This document shows positions 55,928 through 64,000 of a stretch of DNA of 64,000 nt, in pieces. This DNA comes from an uncultured Gammaproteobacteria bacterium (GTDB lineage: Bacteria > Patescibacteriota > Patescibacteriia > UBA9570). The notes beneath the pieces are model-generated. The model saw only the letters and a list, made by a program, of their open reading frames with translations. It was not told where the DNA came from and did not search any database. The stretch is taken from assembly GCA_964385285.1 (NCBI GenBank), contig CAYLOJ010000002.1, forward strand, positions 559-64,558. Direction: 5' to 3'. Position 1 is the stretch's first letter; every line of letters starts with the position of its first letter. The translations under genes were made by a program, and so were the position numbers.

Positions 55928-58187
55928 GACCGATTTGTTGCATGTGTCCATGTTGATTTTTCCCAAGAATATCGCCGACACCGCGAATCTCTAAATCTTT
56001 CATAGCCAATTCAAACCCTCCACCCAACTCTTTGATTGAATGCAAAGCACGCAGGCGTTCTTGGCCTTGTTTGGTTAAGTGTTGCTTAGAGTAGAGTAGA
56101 TACGCATAACCTTGAGTATGGCTTCGTCCGATTCTGCCGCGCAGTTGGTAAAGTTGAGCGAGCCCAAAATCTTCTGCATGTTCCACAATCAACGTATTGG
56201 CATTAGCGATATCTAAGCCATTTTCAATGATCGTAGAGGCAATCAGTACATCAATGTTGCCGCTATAGAATTCTTCCATGATATGAATCAGCCGATCTGC
56301 AGATAATTGGCCATGTGCAACTGCTACGGTATGCTTTGGGAAATGTTGATGTACAAAACTCTCTCGGACATGAATAGTGCTGAGATCATTGTGGACGAGA
56401 TAAACTTGGCCATCGCGTTCTAGTTCTTCATGGATGGCTTGCAGCTCAAGTTCGGGAGCAAATTCATTAATGATTGTTTTAACACCGAGGCGTTGTGGTG
56501 GGGCAGTGTTCAACACAGAGATATCGCGTAAGCCAGACATAGCTAAATTTAATGTCCGCGGAATGGGTGTGGCGGTCATCGTTAAGACATGCGCAGCGGC
56601 CCGCAAGGCTTTTAACCGTTCTTTATGCAACACACCAAAGCGTTGCTCTTCATCAATAATGACGCACTGTAACTTTGGAAATTGAATGTCACTCGATAAT
56701 AAACGATGCGTTCCGATCACAATATCTACTTGTCCAGCGCGAATTGCCCGCACTGTTTCTTTGGTTTGTTTAGGAGTTTGTAATCTAGACAAACAGCCTA
56801 CCTTTACGCCATAGCGTTCTAAGCGGCGATGAAATGTATGCCAATGCTGATCGGCCAAAACGGTAGTGGGGGCCAAAATGGCAACCTGTCCACCGCCTTG
56901 GAGTACAACATGGAGGGCGGCACGGAGTGCGACCTCTGTCTTCCCAAAACCGACATCACCACATAATAGGCGATCCATGGGCTTCTCTAAACTAAGATCA
57001 TTAAGAATGTCGACGATGGCTTCTTCTTGATCCGGTGTGAGCGTAAATTCAACATCTTGAGCACATGCAAGCTCTTCAGCGGCTTGGAGGTTAGGAATTG
57101 CACTTGCCTGGGCAGCATCGCGTTGGGCGTGTAGTTCCAATAGCTCTTTGGCAGTATGACGAACATCATCTTGTACGCGGTGCACAATGGTTTCCCACTG
57201 GGTGCCAGATAAACGTGTTAAACGGGGTTGGGCCTGACCAATATATTTTTCTACGCGATTAGCGGCCGATAGTGGAACGAATAGCTTGTCATTCCCCAAA
57301 TATTTTAATTTGAGATACTCTTCACCATCAATGGTTTGACGACCCTCAAATAAACCGATGCCGTGGTCGATATGAACAACATAGTCACCTAATTCCAAGT
57401 CACTGACATCAAGTACATTGGCGAAAGTGGCAATCGACTCTTCTTCGCCAAAAATATGTTCATCGGTTAAAAATAGGAAATGTTCAGCAGGAAACACAAA
57501 GCCATCTAGTAACTTTAATGGTGTGCTTATGGTGATCTCTGGTAAAAGCGTAACAATCTGTTCCGGATTGCGCGTGGCTACTTGAATGCGTAAATATTTC
57601 TCGGCATCCTGCTTCAGCAAGTTAAATCGCTTGTGATAAAATTTTGGAGTGACAAATTCGTATTGTAATTGCTCTTCCTCCCATAACGGCAGGTGAGCGG
57701 CATAGGCATGGGGATAAAACGTGATGTGATAAAGTTTGGGCCCCGATTGTTGGCTAGAGATATTGAAGCTATTCAGTTGTTCGATGGTATTGCCATCAAA
57801 TTCTAGGCGGACTGCAATATGATCCACGATATCAACGATATTGCCACGTACGGCAAAGGTACGAGGGGAGACTGCCCTGGGAAAGCGTTCAAATCCCATA
57901 GTCGTTAACTGTTGTGTTAACGTGGTGATGGATAGGTTTAATTTTGCTTCCAATTCTAAGGTTTGATGGTGGTACTCTTTGGTTGTAATGGTGTGTTCAT
58001 CCAGAAACAGTTGAGAGATAATGGTTTCTTCTGGAAAGGTGTCGTTGAAATAACGGGCTAGGGTACGTAGTTGGATGGCCTCCTTCTCAGATTGCGCTAA
58101 AAAAAAGACTGGCCCCGTATGTAGGAGAGGGGGTAAACGACGCGATAGCTCGAAGGCGATTTCTGTAAGAGTCCGGAAGTGCGGCAC
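55866..58187 (-). CDS. mfd: Transcription-repair coupling factor Mfd, short form (773 aa)
   Basis: CarD/TRCF RNAP-interacting domain DYVVHIDHGIGLFEG...EYLKLKYLGNDKLFVPL. SF2 helicase motifs GDVGFGKTEVALRA, VIIDEEQRFG, QLRGRIGRS. About 220 aa shorter at the N-terminus and about 80 aa shorter at the C-terminus than canonical Mfd. Confidence 0.75.
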   Translation of the reverse strand: MPHFRTLTEIAFELSRRLPPLLHTGPVFFLAQSEKEAIQLRTLARYFNDTFPEETIISQLFLDEHTITTKEYHHQTLELEAKLNLSITTLTQQLTTMGFERFPRAVSPRTFAVRGNIVDIVDHIAVRLEFDGNTIEQLNSFNISSQQSGPKLYHITFYPHAYAAHLPLWEEEQLQYEFVTPKFYHKRFNLLKQDAEKYLRIQVATRNPEQIVTLLPEITISTPLKLLDGFVFPAEHFLFLTDEHIFGEEESIATFANVLDVSDLELGDYVVHIDHGIGLFEGRQTIDGEEYLKLKYLGNDKLFVPLSAANRVEKYIGQAQPRLTRLSGTQWETIVHRVQDDVRHTAKELLELHAQRDAAQASAIPNLQAAEELACAQDVEFTLTPDQEEAIVDILNDLSLEKPMDRLLCGDVGFGKTEVALRAALHVVLQGGGQVAILAPTTVLADQHWHTFHRRLERYGVKVGCLSRLQTPKQTKETVRAIRAGQVDIVIGTHRLLSSDIQFPKLQCVIIDEEQRFGVLHKERLKALRAAAHVLTMTATPIPRTLNLAMSGLRDISVLNTAPPQRLGVKTIINEFAPELELQAIHEELERDGQVYLVHNDLSTIHVRESFVHQHFPKHTVAVAHGQLSADRLIHIMEEFYSGNIDVLIASTIIENGLDIANANTLIVEHAEDFGLAQLYQLRGRIGRSHTQGYAYLLYSKQHLTKQGQERLRALHSIKELGGGFELAMKDLEIRGVGDILGKNQHGHMQQIGLNLYTRLLHQAVLQLQADHT

Positions 58188-58225
58188 CTCTGTATTCTAA
58201 CAAAGATCCTCGTGGGATGGTAGGG

Positions 58226-58253
58226 CTTGACAACTCTCTGTTACCTGCTATAC
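58226..58253 (+). promoter_or_regulatory. Candidate promoter (TTGACA-16-TATACT) with no downstream CDS for about 220 nt
   Basis: TTGACA at 58226-58231, TATACT at 58248-58253. The downstream 200 nt ends in a T-rich run. Confidence 0.3.
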
Positions 58254-58432
58254 TGGCGCCGCTTTTGCACTTTCTATCGCGTTGCAGTGCTACTAGAACT
58301 AGCGCTCAGCCATCCAGATGTATGGGTTGGTCGGATATGCTCACTCCTCCTAAAGCATGCCGATCACTCAAGTAGGCTTTTGTCTCACCTATACATTTGG
58401 ATGATTGAGCGTTTTTTTGTTTTTTACTCCTC

Positions 58433-58461
58433 TTGAAATTAATTGAAAATTCTGTTATAAT
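58433..58461 (+). promoter_or_regulatory. Sigma70-like promoter (TTGAAA-17-TATAAT) for CDS 58474 (12 nt from -10 to ATG; leaderless or near-leaderless)
   Basis: TTGAAA at 58433-58438, a 17-nt spacer, TATAAT at 58456-58461. Confidence 0.55.
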
Positions 58462-58473
58462 ATTTATCACCAA

Positions 58474-58818
58474 TTGTTTATGGATCCACGCCTACATACA
58501 TATTTAAAGCATCTGCTTAATACAGCTCACCATTTACAGGGTGATCGCACGATGCCCGCACCGTTAGCTGAAAAAATGCTTGCGGATCTTCATATTCAGC
58601 TGGAACAGCGCTTAACTGCAACCTTAGTAGATCAATTGCCAGAAGAGGATCAAGAGGCGTTTGCAGCCCTAACTGCCACTACACCTGATCAAAAAGCGGT
58701 GTTTGATTTTTTGAATGCCAAAGTCCCGAATGCGGAAGCAGTCATACAGGTTGTTTTAGTAAAATTTGAAGAGGACTATATTAGTATTGTGAATCGCGGT
58801 AAAGCCAATGCCAATTAG
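58474..58818 (+). CDS. Small hypothetical protein (114 aa), translationally coupled to the giant ORF
   Basis: ORF overlapping the next gene's start by 11 nt. No recognised motif. Confidence 0.35.
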   Translation: MFMDPRLHTYLKHLLNTAHHLQGDRTMPAPLAEKMLADLHIQLEQRLTATLVDQLPEEDQEAFAALTATTPDQKAVFDFLNAKVPNAEAVIQVVLVKFEEDYISIVNRGKANAN

Positions 58819-61800
58819 TAACGAACATTATCAGAAGGTGTTAGAAACACGTACACCTGCAGCTGCGTTCAGTGTTGATCAGTTTCGTAGTGCACTAAAG
58901 CATAAAGAATTGGCTGGAGTTTTGACTGATGAAACAAACCCAGAGGCAGTTTCAGTTTTAACGACCTTAGCTGAACAAGCCAAACTACATGGCTTGGAGA
59001 TCTCTGATTTAGATCACACGCTTCAAGAAATTTCTGAGCAGTTGGATATTGAAGCCAATAGTGTAGCTCGTCATGAGCACGAGGCGGATCGTAAAGGAAC
59101 AAGTCTGTTGAATATTCCACATATAGTGGCGGTGCGTTGGAACAGTATGTTGGAGACATTCGGTAAAGGTGTTATTGCAAAGCGCGCCGATGAACAACGT
59201 AAACAACGCCTGTCAGATAAAGATTATATTGCTCAGGTGACGGCAGCAGCGATTGAACGCGCATCGTTACGCAAGCGTTTCCAAGAATATATTGCCATTG
59301 GAGGCTCCGACTTTAGCCAGCGATTGCAAGAGTATATGCATGGCTCCGTTACGCGTGAGTCGGTAGAAAAATCCAAACAGTTTGGAGATGGTGTCGATGC
59401 CATTGTGCAGCAGATTGACTTGCCTAAACCGTTTGAAATCGACGGAGTTGAAATTGAGGCGACGCCGGAAAATTTGGCGATGATTCGTAATCATCTGAGG
59501 TTTGTTATTTCTGATGAAGTCATTCAGTTAGCACAATTGAGTCAGATGCGCGTCATGGAAACCGATGTTTACCATGTGACGGCGAAACGCGATGGCGGCA
59601 AAATGGGGACGCTGCTTTCTAAAGTCCTTGGTTCCGGTACTCTGTGGGGAATGACAATTCGCGGCGGTAGTCGCGCCATCGGAATCGGAGGCTCCATTGT
59701 GGGCGCTAGCTTTGCGGCGAGCCCAGTTGGTTGGAGTGTGTTAGCAGCGGCTGTTGGCACAGGTGCTGTAGCTGGCTATGTTTCCCAGTGGGCGCAATAC
59801 AAATTTGTGCGTCGTCAACAGAAGAAAATGGATTTAGCCACTGGGGCATTGCGAGAGACAGTTGCCATTACTGATCACGATGAAACCGGGGAAAAAATCG
59901 GTGAACGACAAGTTGAGGTCGTGAAAAGCGCCGAGCAAATTAATCATCAATTAAAGGCGGAGGTAGATAAAATTTCCAATTTAGTAACCGCGTTGCAAGA
60001 TGGCGGATTGACCGATTACACACCATTAGAGGAAGCCATTACTGCGGCCTATCGGATTATGATGGATGCTGAGTGTCGCTTATTGCAATCCAAACCCACT
60101 GAAGACAATGCTGAGAAGCAGGATCTGATTTCGTTCGGGATGACAAATCGTTTGCAAGCAGGATTAGATCTAGTCAAGAATTTGAAACAAGCTGCCCTGG
60201 TAGTGCGTGATGCGAAACAGATCGTCAAGCGGAAACGGTATGGTGATTTCTCCAGCAGTGCACAATTGGAGGAACAGTTGCGCAACATCGCAGTGGCCAG
60301 TCGTCAGGAAATTTCCGCTGTAAAAGAAAATTTAGAACGAGCTCTATTAAAAGGAGAAGGAAAGCGTCGGATCATGAGTGCTGTCGTAGGCGGAAGTTTT
60401 GCCGGACTATCGTCCGTAGCCATGGATTATTTCCATCATTGGTTTGGCGAGCACGACGTATCGCCCGCGCAGGCGCCGAGCTTTGAGCATCAGCAGACAG
60501 TCACGGTACATCAAGCTGGTGCCGAATATACAGTGAGTGCTGTTGATCAGCATCAGCTAATGGTACAGGCCGCGGATGGTCAGCAAGAGTTGATTACTCT
60601 ACCCGATGGTGTAGAAACAAATCACATTGTAATCGATGATCAGTTCCAGCTCTATCAAGCAGCTACGGGCGAGCCAGTAGCAGCAATTCACCTGGAATTT
60701 GCAACGGCGGAGACACTGAAGGTGCCTGAGTTAGCCGTATCGTTAGATGTAGATCATTATGCGCCCATTGATATCCAAGGCCATCAATTTGGGATGGTGG
60801 TGAATCAAGATGGCAACCTGGCCTTATATCAGATGAAATTGGATGGCACTGTAGATTTGTCACAGCCGGTTGGCCATACCCCAATGCAGATTTTTTCTGA
60901 GCCGTTACATCAGAAATTTTCCGCCTTGGCACAGACAGATCCTACTCAGGCGACAGAACTCATCAAAGCAGCTAGTAAATTGAATGTCGAAACTCAACCC
61001 GACGGTACAGTCTTGGTAAAATCCGTGTACGATCAATCCATCGTGGCTCAATTTAAAATTGAAACGAGCGGAGTGGTAACCGTGCCTGAGCCGACCACAA
61101 CCCCAGTTTCTGGAGATGTTATTAGCAAATTATTTGCGGATCCGAATAGCGAGGTTGCGCAGGCATTGAATAAAATGGGCGTACAAGCCGGTGAAGTGAG
61201 TGTAGACGCGCAAGGTCATCTGCAGATCCCTGATGCAGCGGTGCGTGGAGAATATTTAGGTCAAACAGCCGGTTGGCGTCAGATGCGTCTAACGTTGCTG
61301 TTAGAAGCGTATCAATCCGGTAAAATATCTGGTACAGAACCGGCAGATGTGGTGGTTGCACGTTTAGAGCGTGCCACTCGTCATCTGCTGATGGAGTCGG
61401 GAAAATATCACGATCCTCAATCTGCCTTAAATGAGGCCTTTGGTAAACCAGCTGACTTTATTGCTAAAAATGAGTTGCCCTTTGTGAATGGGGCCAAGAG
61501 CAATATTGGTGGTCAGTGGGGCGAGTTAGTGGATACCATGCGTCGTGTATCGGTTGATCATCCTGCGGTTGAACAGGCAGCTGCGGTAGGTGATCCTGCC
61601 ACTGCCATTGCAGAAGCCAACCTCATGCCAGATGCTTTGGTCAATGTACATCCTATTACACCGGAACAGTTATTTGAGCACGCAGCTGATTTACAAGCCA
61701 GCACTGCAGCCACAGAAGCTGTGCACCAAGCGTGGAGTCAAGTGGCTGAGCAGAGTGCGAACCTAGTGCTAGGTATAGTTGGTGGTGCTTTAGATTCTTC

Positions 61801-63247
61801 ACTATCTGCCTCGCATTTAATCGGCCGACGGCAGTCAGATCAAATTGAACACGGCACACAACTGCCACCGTTTGTGTTTTCTCCAGAATTTTCTGGCGGT
61901 GACGATGAGGAAGACCTGAGCGTTCCCGCCAAGGCTGAACCCACCAAAGTGGAGGTCGCACACGATGCGAGTGTAGATTATGATGCGGTAGTAGCGGTGT
62001 TACGTCCAGAAGTTACGCAGTCGGAATATATGTATAGATGGCTGAAAAGGGATTATTGGGACAATGACAAAATGAGCACGACCGATGAAGTTAAATTAAT
62101 CACACAGTGCAATGAGATTCTCAAGTTAGTGCAGATTAATATTGGTAATACGGATCAAGCAATCTTGGAGGCTAAAGTGATAGGCAGGGATCCTGATCAG
62201 TTAATAAAATATCTTAATGAGGCCAGTATTGAGGCTATTCGGAAAAAAAATGAGATTGATCAGCATGCAGCACAGCGCGCTAACAAAAAAATGGACGCGG
62301 CTCAGGCGCAATTAAATGGCCTAAACGGACTGGGGCATGTAATTGACGTAGGGGTATTACAAGTACGTATAAATAGCATGCAAGCGATCGATCGTGAATT
62401 GCAAGACGTAGCCAATAATGTCTCAGTTGTCATGGCGTTTCCTGGAACGGTCGAAGCTAGGTTGCGGAGTGTCCGTGGGGAACTAGCAAGCGCTCAAGCT
62501 CGCATCGGTGAACGTATTCGCGCAATCGAACAAGAACAACGGAATCTGGAGCAATTTGAACGTATGCTCACGGAGACATTTAAATCAGCTGAGTTCAGCA
62601 AAGCGCTGCTCGCGGAATTTCGAACGCTGGGCTTGGGCTTACCTGAACAAGGGGCGGGTGTGGTGATGTTAAACAATAACTTTAAGCGTCTGGTGCGGCA
62701 GCAACCTTATCTTAACGATCTACTCATTGCTGGTAAACCTGTGTTGTCCGCGATTAGCGTGGATCTTGCTGATCCAGCAACAGTGCGGACATTAGCAACC
62801 CATATACAAGCCGCTGTCGGCCGGGCTGAAGCAAATCCGAACATTATTCAGTTAGCTAATATTCCGGAACGCCTGCAATGGCAAATCAATGATAAGCTAG
62901 ATACGATTGTACGTGGATTTGGGCTTGGCAAGAAGTTTGGTACTCAACTGGCCGCACATCTCAATGCGAAGTTATCAGCACAGGACGCACAGGTAGCTGC
63001 ACTGGCCTGGTTTAATGAGCAGTGGAATCGTGTGCTCCAAAAAGACGCTGCCCTGAATACAGCTTCGACCGAGCAAAAATTAAAACGATTGAATTGTTTT
63101 GATGCTGCCGATCGGTGGGATGATGCCAAAGTGGCTCAATTATTTGATCGTATTATGGCTAAAGATCAAACGCTATTCGCAGATAGTCCCGCTCCAGATT
63201 CCATTGCAACACGTCTGAATAAACGTTTAGGTGATCCTGATTTCTAA
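58808..63247 (+). CDS. Giant hypothetical protein (1479 aa) with a glycine-zipper hydrophobic segment and coiled-coil-rich regions
   Basis: Uninterrupted 4.4 kb ORF. Gly-zipper AIGIGGSIVGASFAASPVGWSVLAAAVGTGAVAGYV followed by KFVRRQQKK. Extended heptad-like regions near the C-terminus. No recognised catalytic motif. Confidence 0.45.
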   Translation: MPISNEHYQKVLETRTPAAAFSVDQFRSALKHKELAGVLTDETNPEAVSVLTTLAEQAKLHGLEISDLDHTLQEISEQLDIEANSVARHEHEADRKGTSLLNIPHIVAVRWNSMLETFGKGVIAKRADEQRKQRLSDKDYIAQVTAAAIERASLRKRFQEYIAIGGSDFSQRLQEYMHGSVTRESVEKSKQFGDGVDAIVQQIDLPKPFEIDGVEIEATPENLAMIRNHLRFVISDEVIQLAQLSQMRVMETDVYHVTAKRDGGKMGTLLSKVLGSGTLWGMTIRGGSRAIGIGGSIVGASFAASPVGWSVLAAAVGTGAVAGYVSQWAQYKFVRRQQKKMDLATGALRETVAITDHDETGEKIGERQVEVVKSAEQINHQLKAEVDKISNLVTALQDGGLTDYTPLEEAITAAYRIMMDAECRLLQSKPTEDNAEKQDLISFGMTNRLQAGLDLVKNLKQAALVVRDAKQIVKRKRYGDFSSSAQLEEQLRNIAVASRQEISAVKENLERALLKGEGKRRIMSAVVGGSFAGLSSVAMDYFHHWFGEHDVSPAQAPSFEHQQTVTVHQAGAEYTVSAVDQHQLMVQAADGQQELITLPDGVETNHIVIDDQFQLYQAATGEPVAAIHLEFATAETLKVPELAVSLDVDHYAPIDIQGHQFGMVVNQDGNLALYQMKLDGTVDLSQPVGHTPMQIFSEPLHQKFSALAQTDPTQATELIKAASKLNVETQPDGTVLVKSVYDQSIVAQFKIETSGVVTVPEPTTTPVSGDVISKLFADPNSEVAQALNKMGVQAGEVSVDAQGHLQIPDAAVRGEYLGQTAGWRQMRLTLLLEAYQSGKISGTEPADVVVARLERATRHLLMESGKYHDPQSALNEAFGKPADFIAKNELPFVNGAKSNIGGQWGELVDTMRRVSVDHPAVEQAAAVGDPATAIAEANLMPDALVNVHPITPEQLFEHAADLQASTAATEAVHQAWSQVAEQSANLVLGIVGGALDSSLSASHLIGRRQSDQIEHGTQLPPFVFSPEFSGGDDEEDLSVPAKAEPTKVEVAHDASVDYDAVVAVLRPEVTQSEYMYRWLKRDYWDNDKMSTTDEVKLITQCNEILKLVQINIGNTDQAILEAKVIGRDPDQLIKYLNEASIEAIRKKNEIDQHAAQRANKKMDAAQAQLNGLNGLGHVIDVGVLQVRINSMQAIDRELQDVANNVSVVMAFPGTVEARLRSVRGELASAQARIGERIRAIEQEQRNLEQFERMLTETFKSAEFSKALLAEFRTLGLGLPEQGAGVVMLNNNFKRLVRQQPYLNDLLIAGKPVLSAISVDLADPATVRTLATHIQAAVGRAEANPNIIQLANIPERLQWQINDKLDTIVRGFGLGKKFGTQLAAHLNAKLSAQDAQVAALAWFNEQWNRVLQKDAALNTASTEQKLKRLNCFDAADRWDDAKVAQLFDRIMAKDQTLFADSPAPDSIATRLNKRLGDPDF

Positions 63248-63250
63248 GCT

Positions 63251-64000
63251 ATGGAACCCGGATCACGTGGTGAGCCACGTCCAGAGGTATTAGAAAAGTT
63301 TTCTGTCCAATGGTATATCAAGGAGCTACAAGATCTTTTTGTGATTGCTGATGAAGCTCGCACATCCGGCGCTCCGGAGTTTGGATATATCACTAGATTA
63401 TTAGAACGTCTATCCGTAGAGTTTGTGCAGGCGGACCAAATTCAAACTCACCATGATCAAGATTTGATTCAAACGTATCGTACCCGGGCAGCCACGTTAT
63501 CGCGTGGTACAGAGGAATTTTTTTCTACAGTTGAACTGGGTCGCTGGTTGCGTGTTTGCCAAGATGCCATCGCTAAAGGTCAAACTCCTGAGCAGATTAG
63601 TGCATGGATTACCCCCGTGCTGGAGCAAAAATTAGGGGACTATGGTCTTCGCTCCACTGAAGCTTCATCTGCACCAATTGCTCCTGTGTTACCACCAGAA
63701 CCAATTCAACCACTGCCAACTAAGCCAGTCGGTCCCAAAAAAAACGTGCGTCCTCAGCAATCACCGGTAGGTAAATTAGGGCTCGCCGCTACTATGGCTG
63801 CCGGCGCATTGGCTGGAGGATATTTACTAGCTGAGTATCTGAAGTCGGAGACAGCCGAGCCAACCGCCTGGCATGAACAGTATAGAGATATTCCACCTCA
63901 ACTATTAGAGCATGTTGTCGGCATTCCACATACTGAGCAACCTGTAGAATTTAAGCCCCAGGCTGATTGGAGAGAGTTAAATCCAGGTGTCTACCAATGG
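63251..64000 (+). CDS. Partial CDS (N-terminal 250 aa, continues beyond the window end); hypothetical, with a glycine-zipper segment
   Basis: ATG at 63251. MEPGSRGEPRPEVLEKF... LGLAATMAAGALAGGYLLA. No stop before the window edge. Confidence 0.3.
   Translation, partial: MEPGSRGEPRPEVLEKFSVQWYIKELQDLFVIADEARTSGAPEFGYITRLLERLSVEFVQADQIQTHHDQDLIQTYRTRAATLSRGTEEFFSTVELGRWLRVCQDAIAKGQTPEQISAWITPVLEQKLGDYGLRSTEASSAPIAPVLPPEPIQPLPTKPVGPKKNVRPQQSPVGKLGLAATMAAGALAGGYLLAEYLKSETAEPTAWHEQYRDIPPQLLEHVVGIPHTEQPVEFKPQADWRELNPGVYQW

Noticed and set aside
58227-58436. 69-aa ORF between mfd and the small/giant gene pair
   Set aside because: It lies across two promoter-like elements in an AT-rich intergenic region and has no coding signature. 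The region is more likely regulatory or an sRNA.
1-64000. Possible alternative genetic code (UGA recoding as in some Patescibacteria)
   Set aside because: All long ORFs terminate cleanly with standard stops, and neighbouring genes abut or overlap by ATGA/TAATG without needing read-through. No in-frame TGA-interrupted homology was seen.

Overview
This 64 kb window is a bacterial chromosomal segment of roughly 45% GC. Most genes have no Shine-Dalgarno sequence, and several consensus sigma70-type promoters sit immediately before their start codons. This is consistent with a small-genome, possibly Patescibacteria-like, organism, but that assignment is tentative. There is no rRNA and no CRISPR array. 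Standard genetic code; no in-frame stop recoding is needed.

Core content, in order:
- murJ, the dnaG-rpoD pair, a ThyX-like gene and tRNA-Asn(GTT) at 932-9552.
- A compositionally foreign high-GC (about 65%) segment at about 8576-13740. It carries two secreted MopE-motif (Cys/Asp-rich) proteins that flank the tRNA.
- Inside that segment, a 1.15 kb low-GC cassette bounded by roughly 63 bp direct repeats of the tRNA-Asn 3' end plus terminator. It carries a single PD-(D/E)xK nuclease-fold protein with a SEC-C zinc motif.
- A run of secreted and lipoprotein genes: C39-like peptidase paralogs, a BNR protein, M23 peptidases, DUF2207.
- tRNA-Arg(CCG), htrA, HU and sod.
- Copper-site cupredoxin proteins with Asp-rich Ca-binding-like repeats.
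- A cobalamin riboswitch controlling a DUF4430 (transcobalamin-like) gene and a DUF4430 plus prenyltransferase-like toroid gene.
- A PAS histidine kinase with a receiver-only regulator.
- A secretin-less type IV pilus operon (pilB, pilC, pseudopilins, a 1196-aa pilin-like giant with three ~280-aa repeats, pilM, pilA), then tRNA-Leu(CAA).
- parAB, a short Rel, the dprA-topA pair, mscS and a short mfd.
- A promoter-driven pair made of a 114-aa ORF and a 1479-aa giant protein of unknown function.

Three terminators share the hairpin core TAGAGACGT/ACGTCTCTA.
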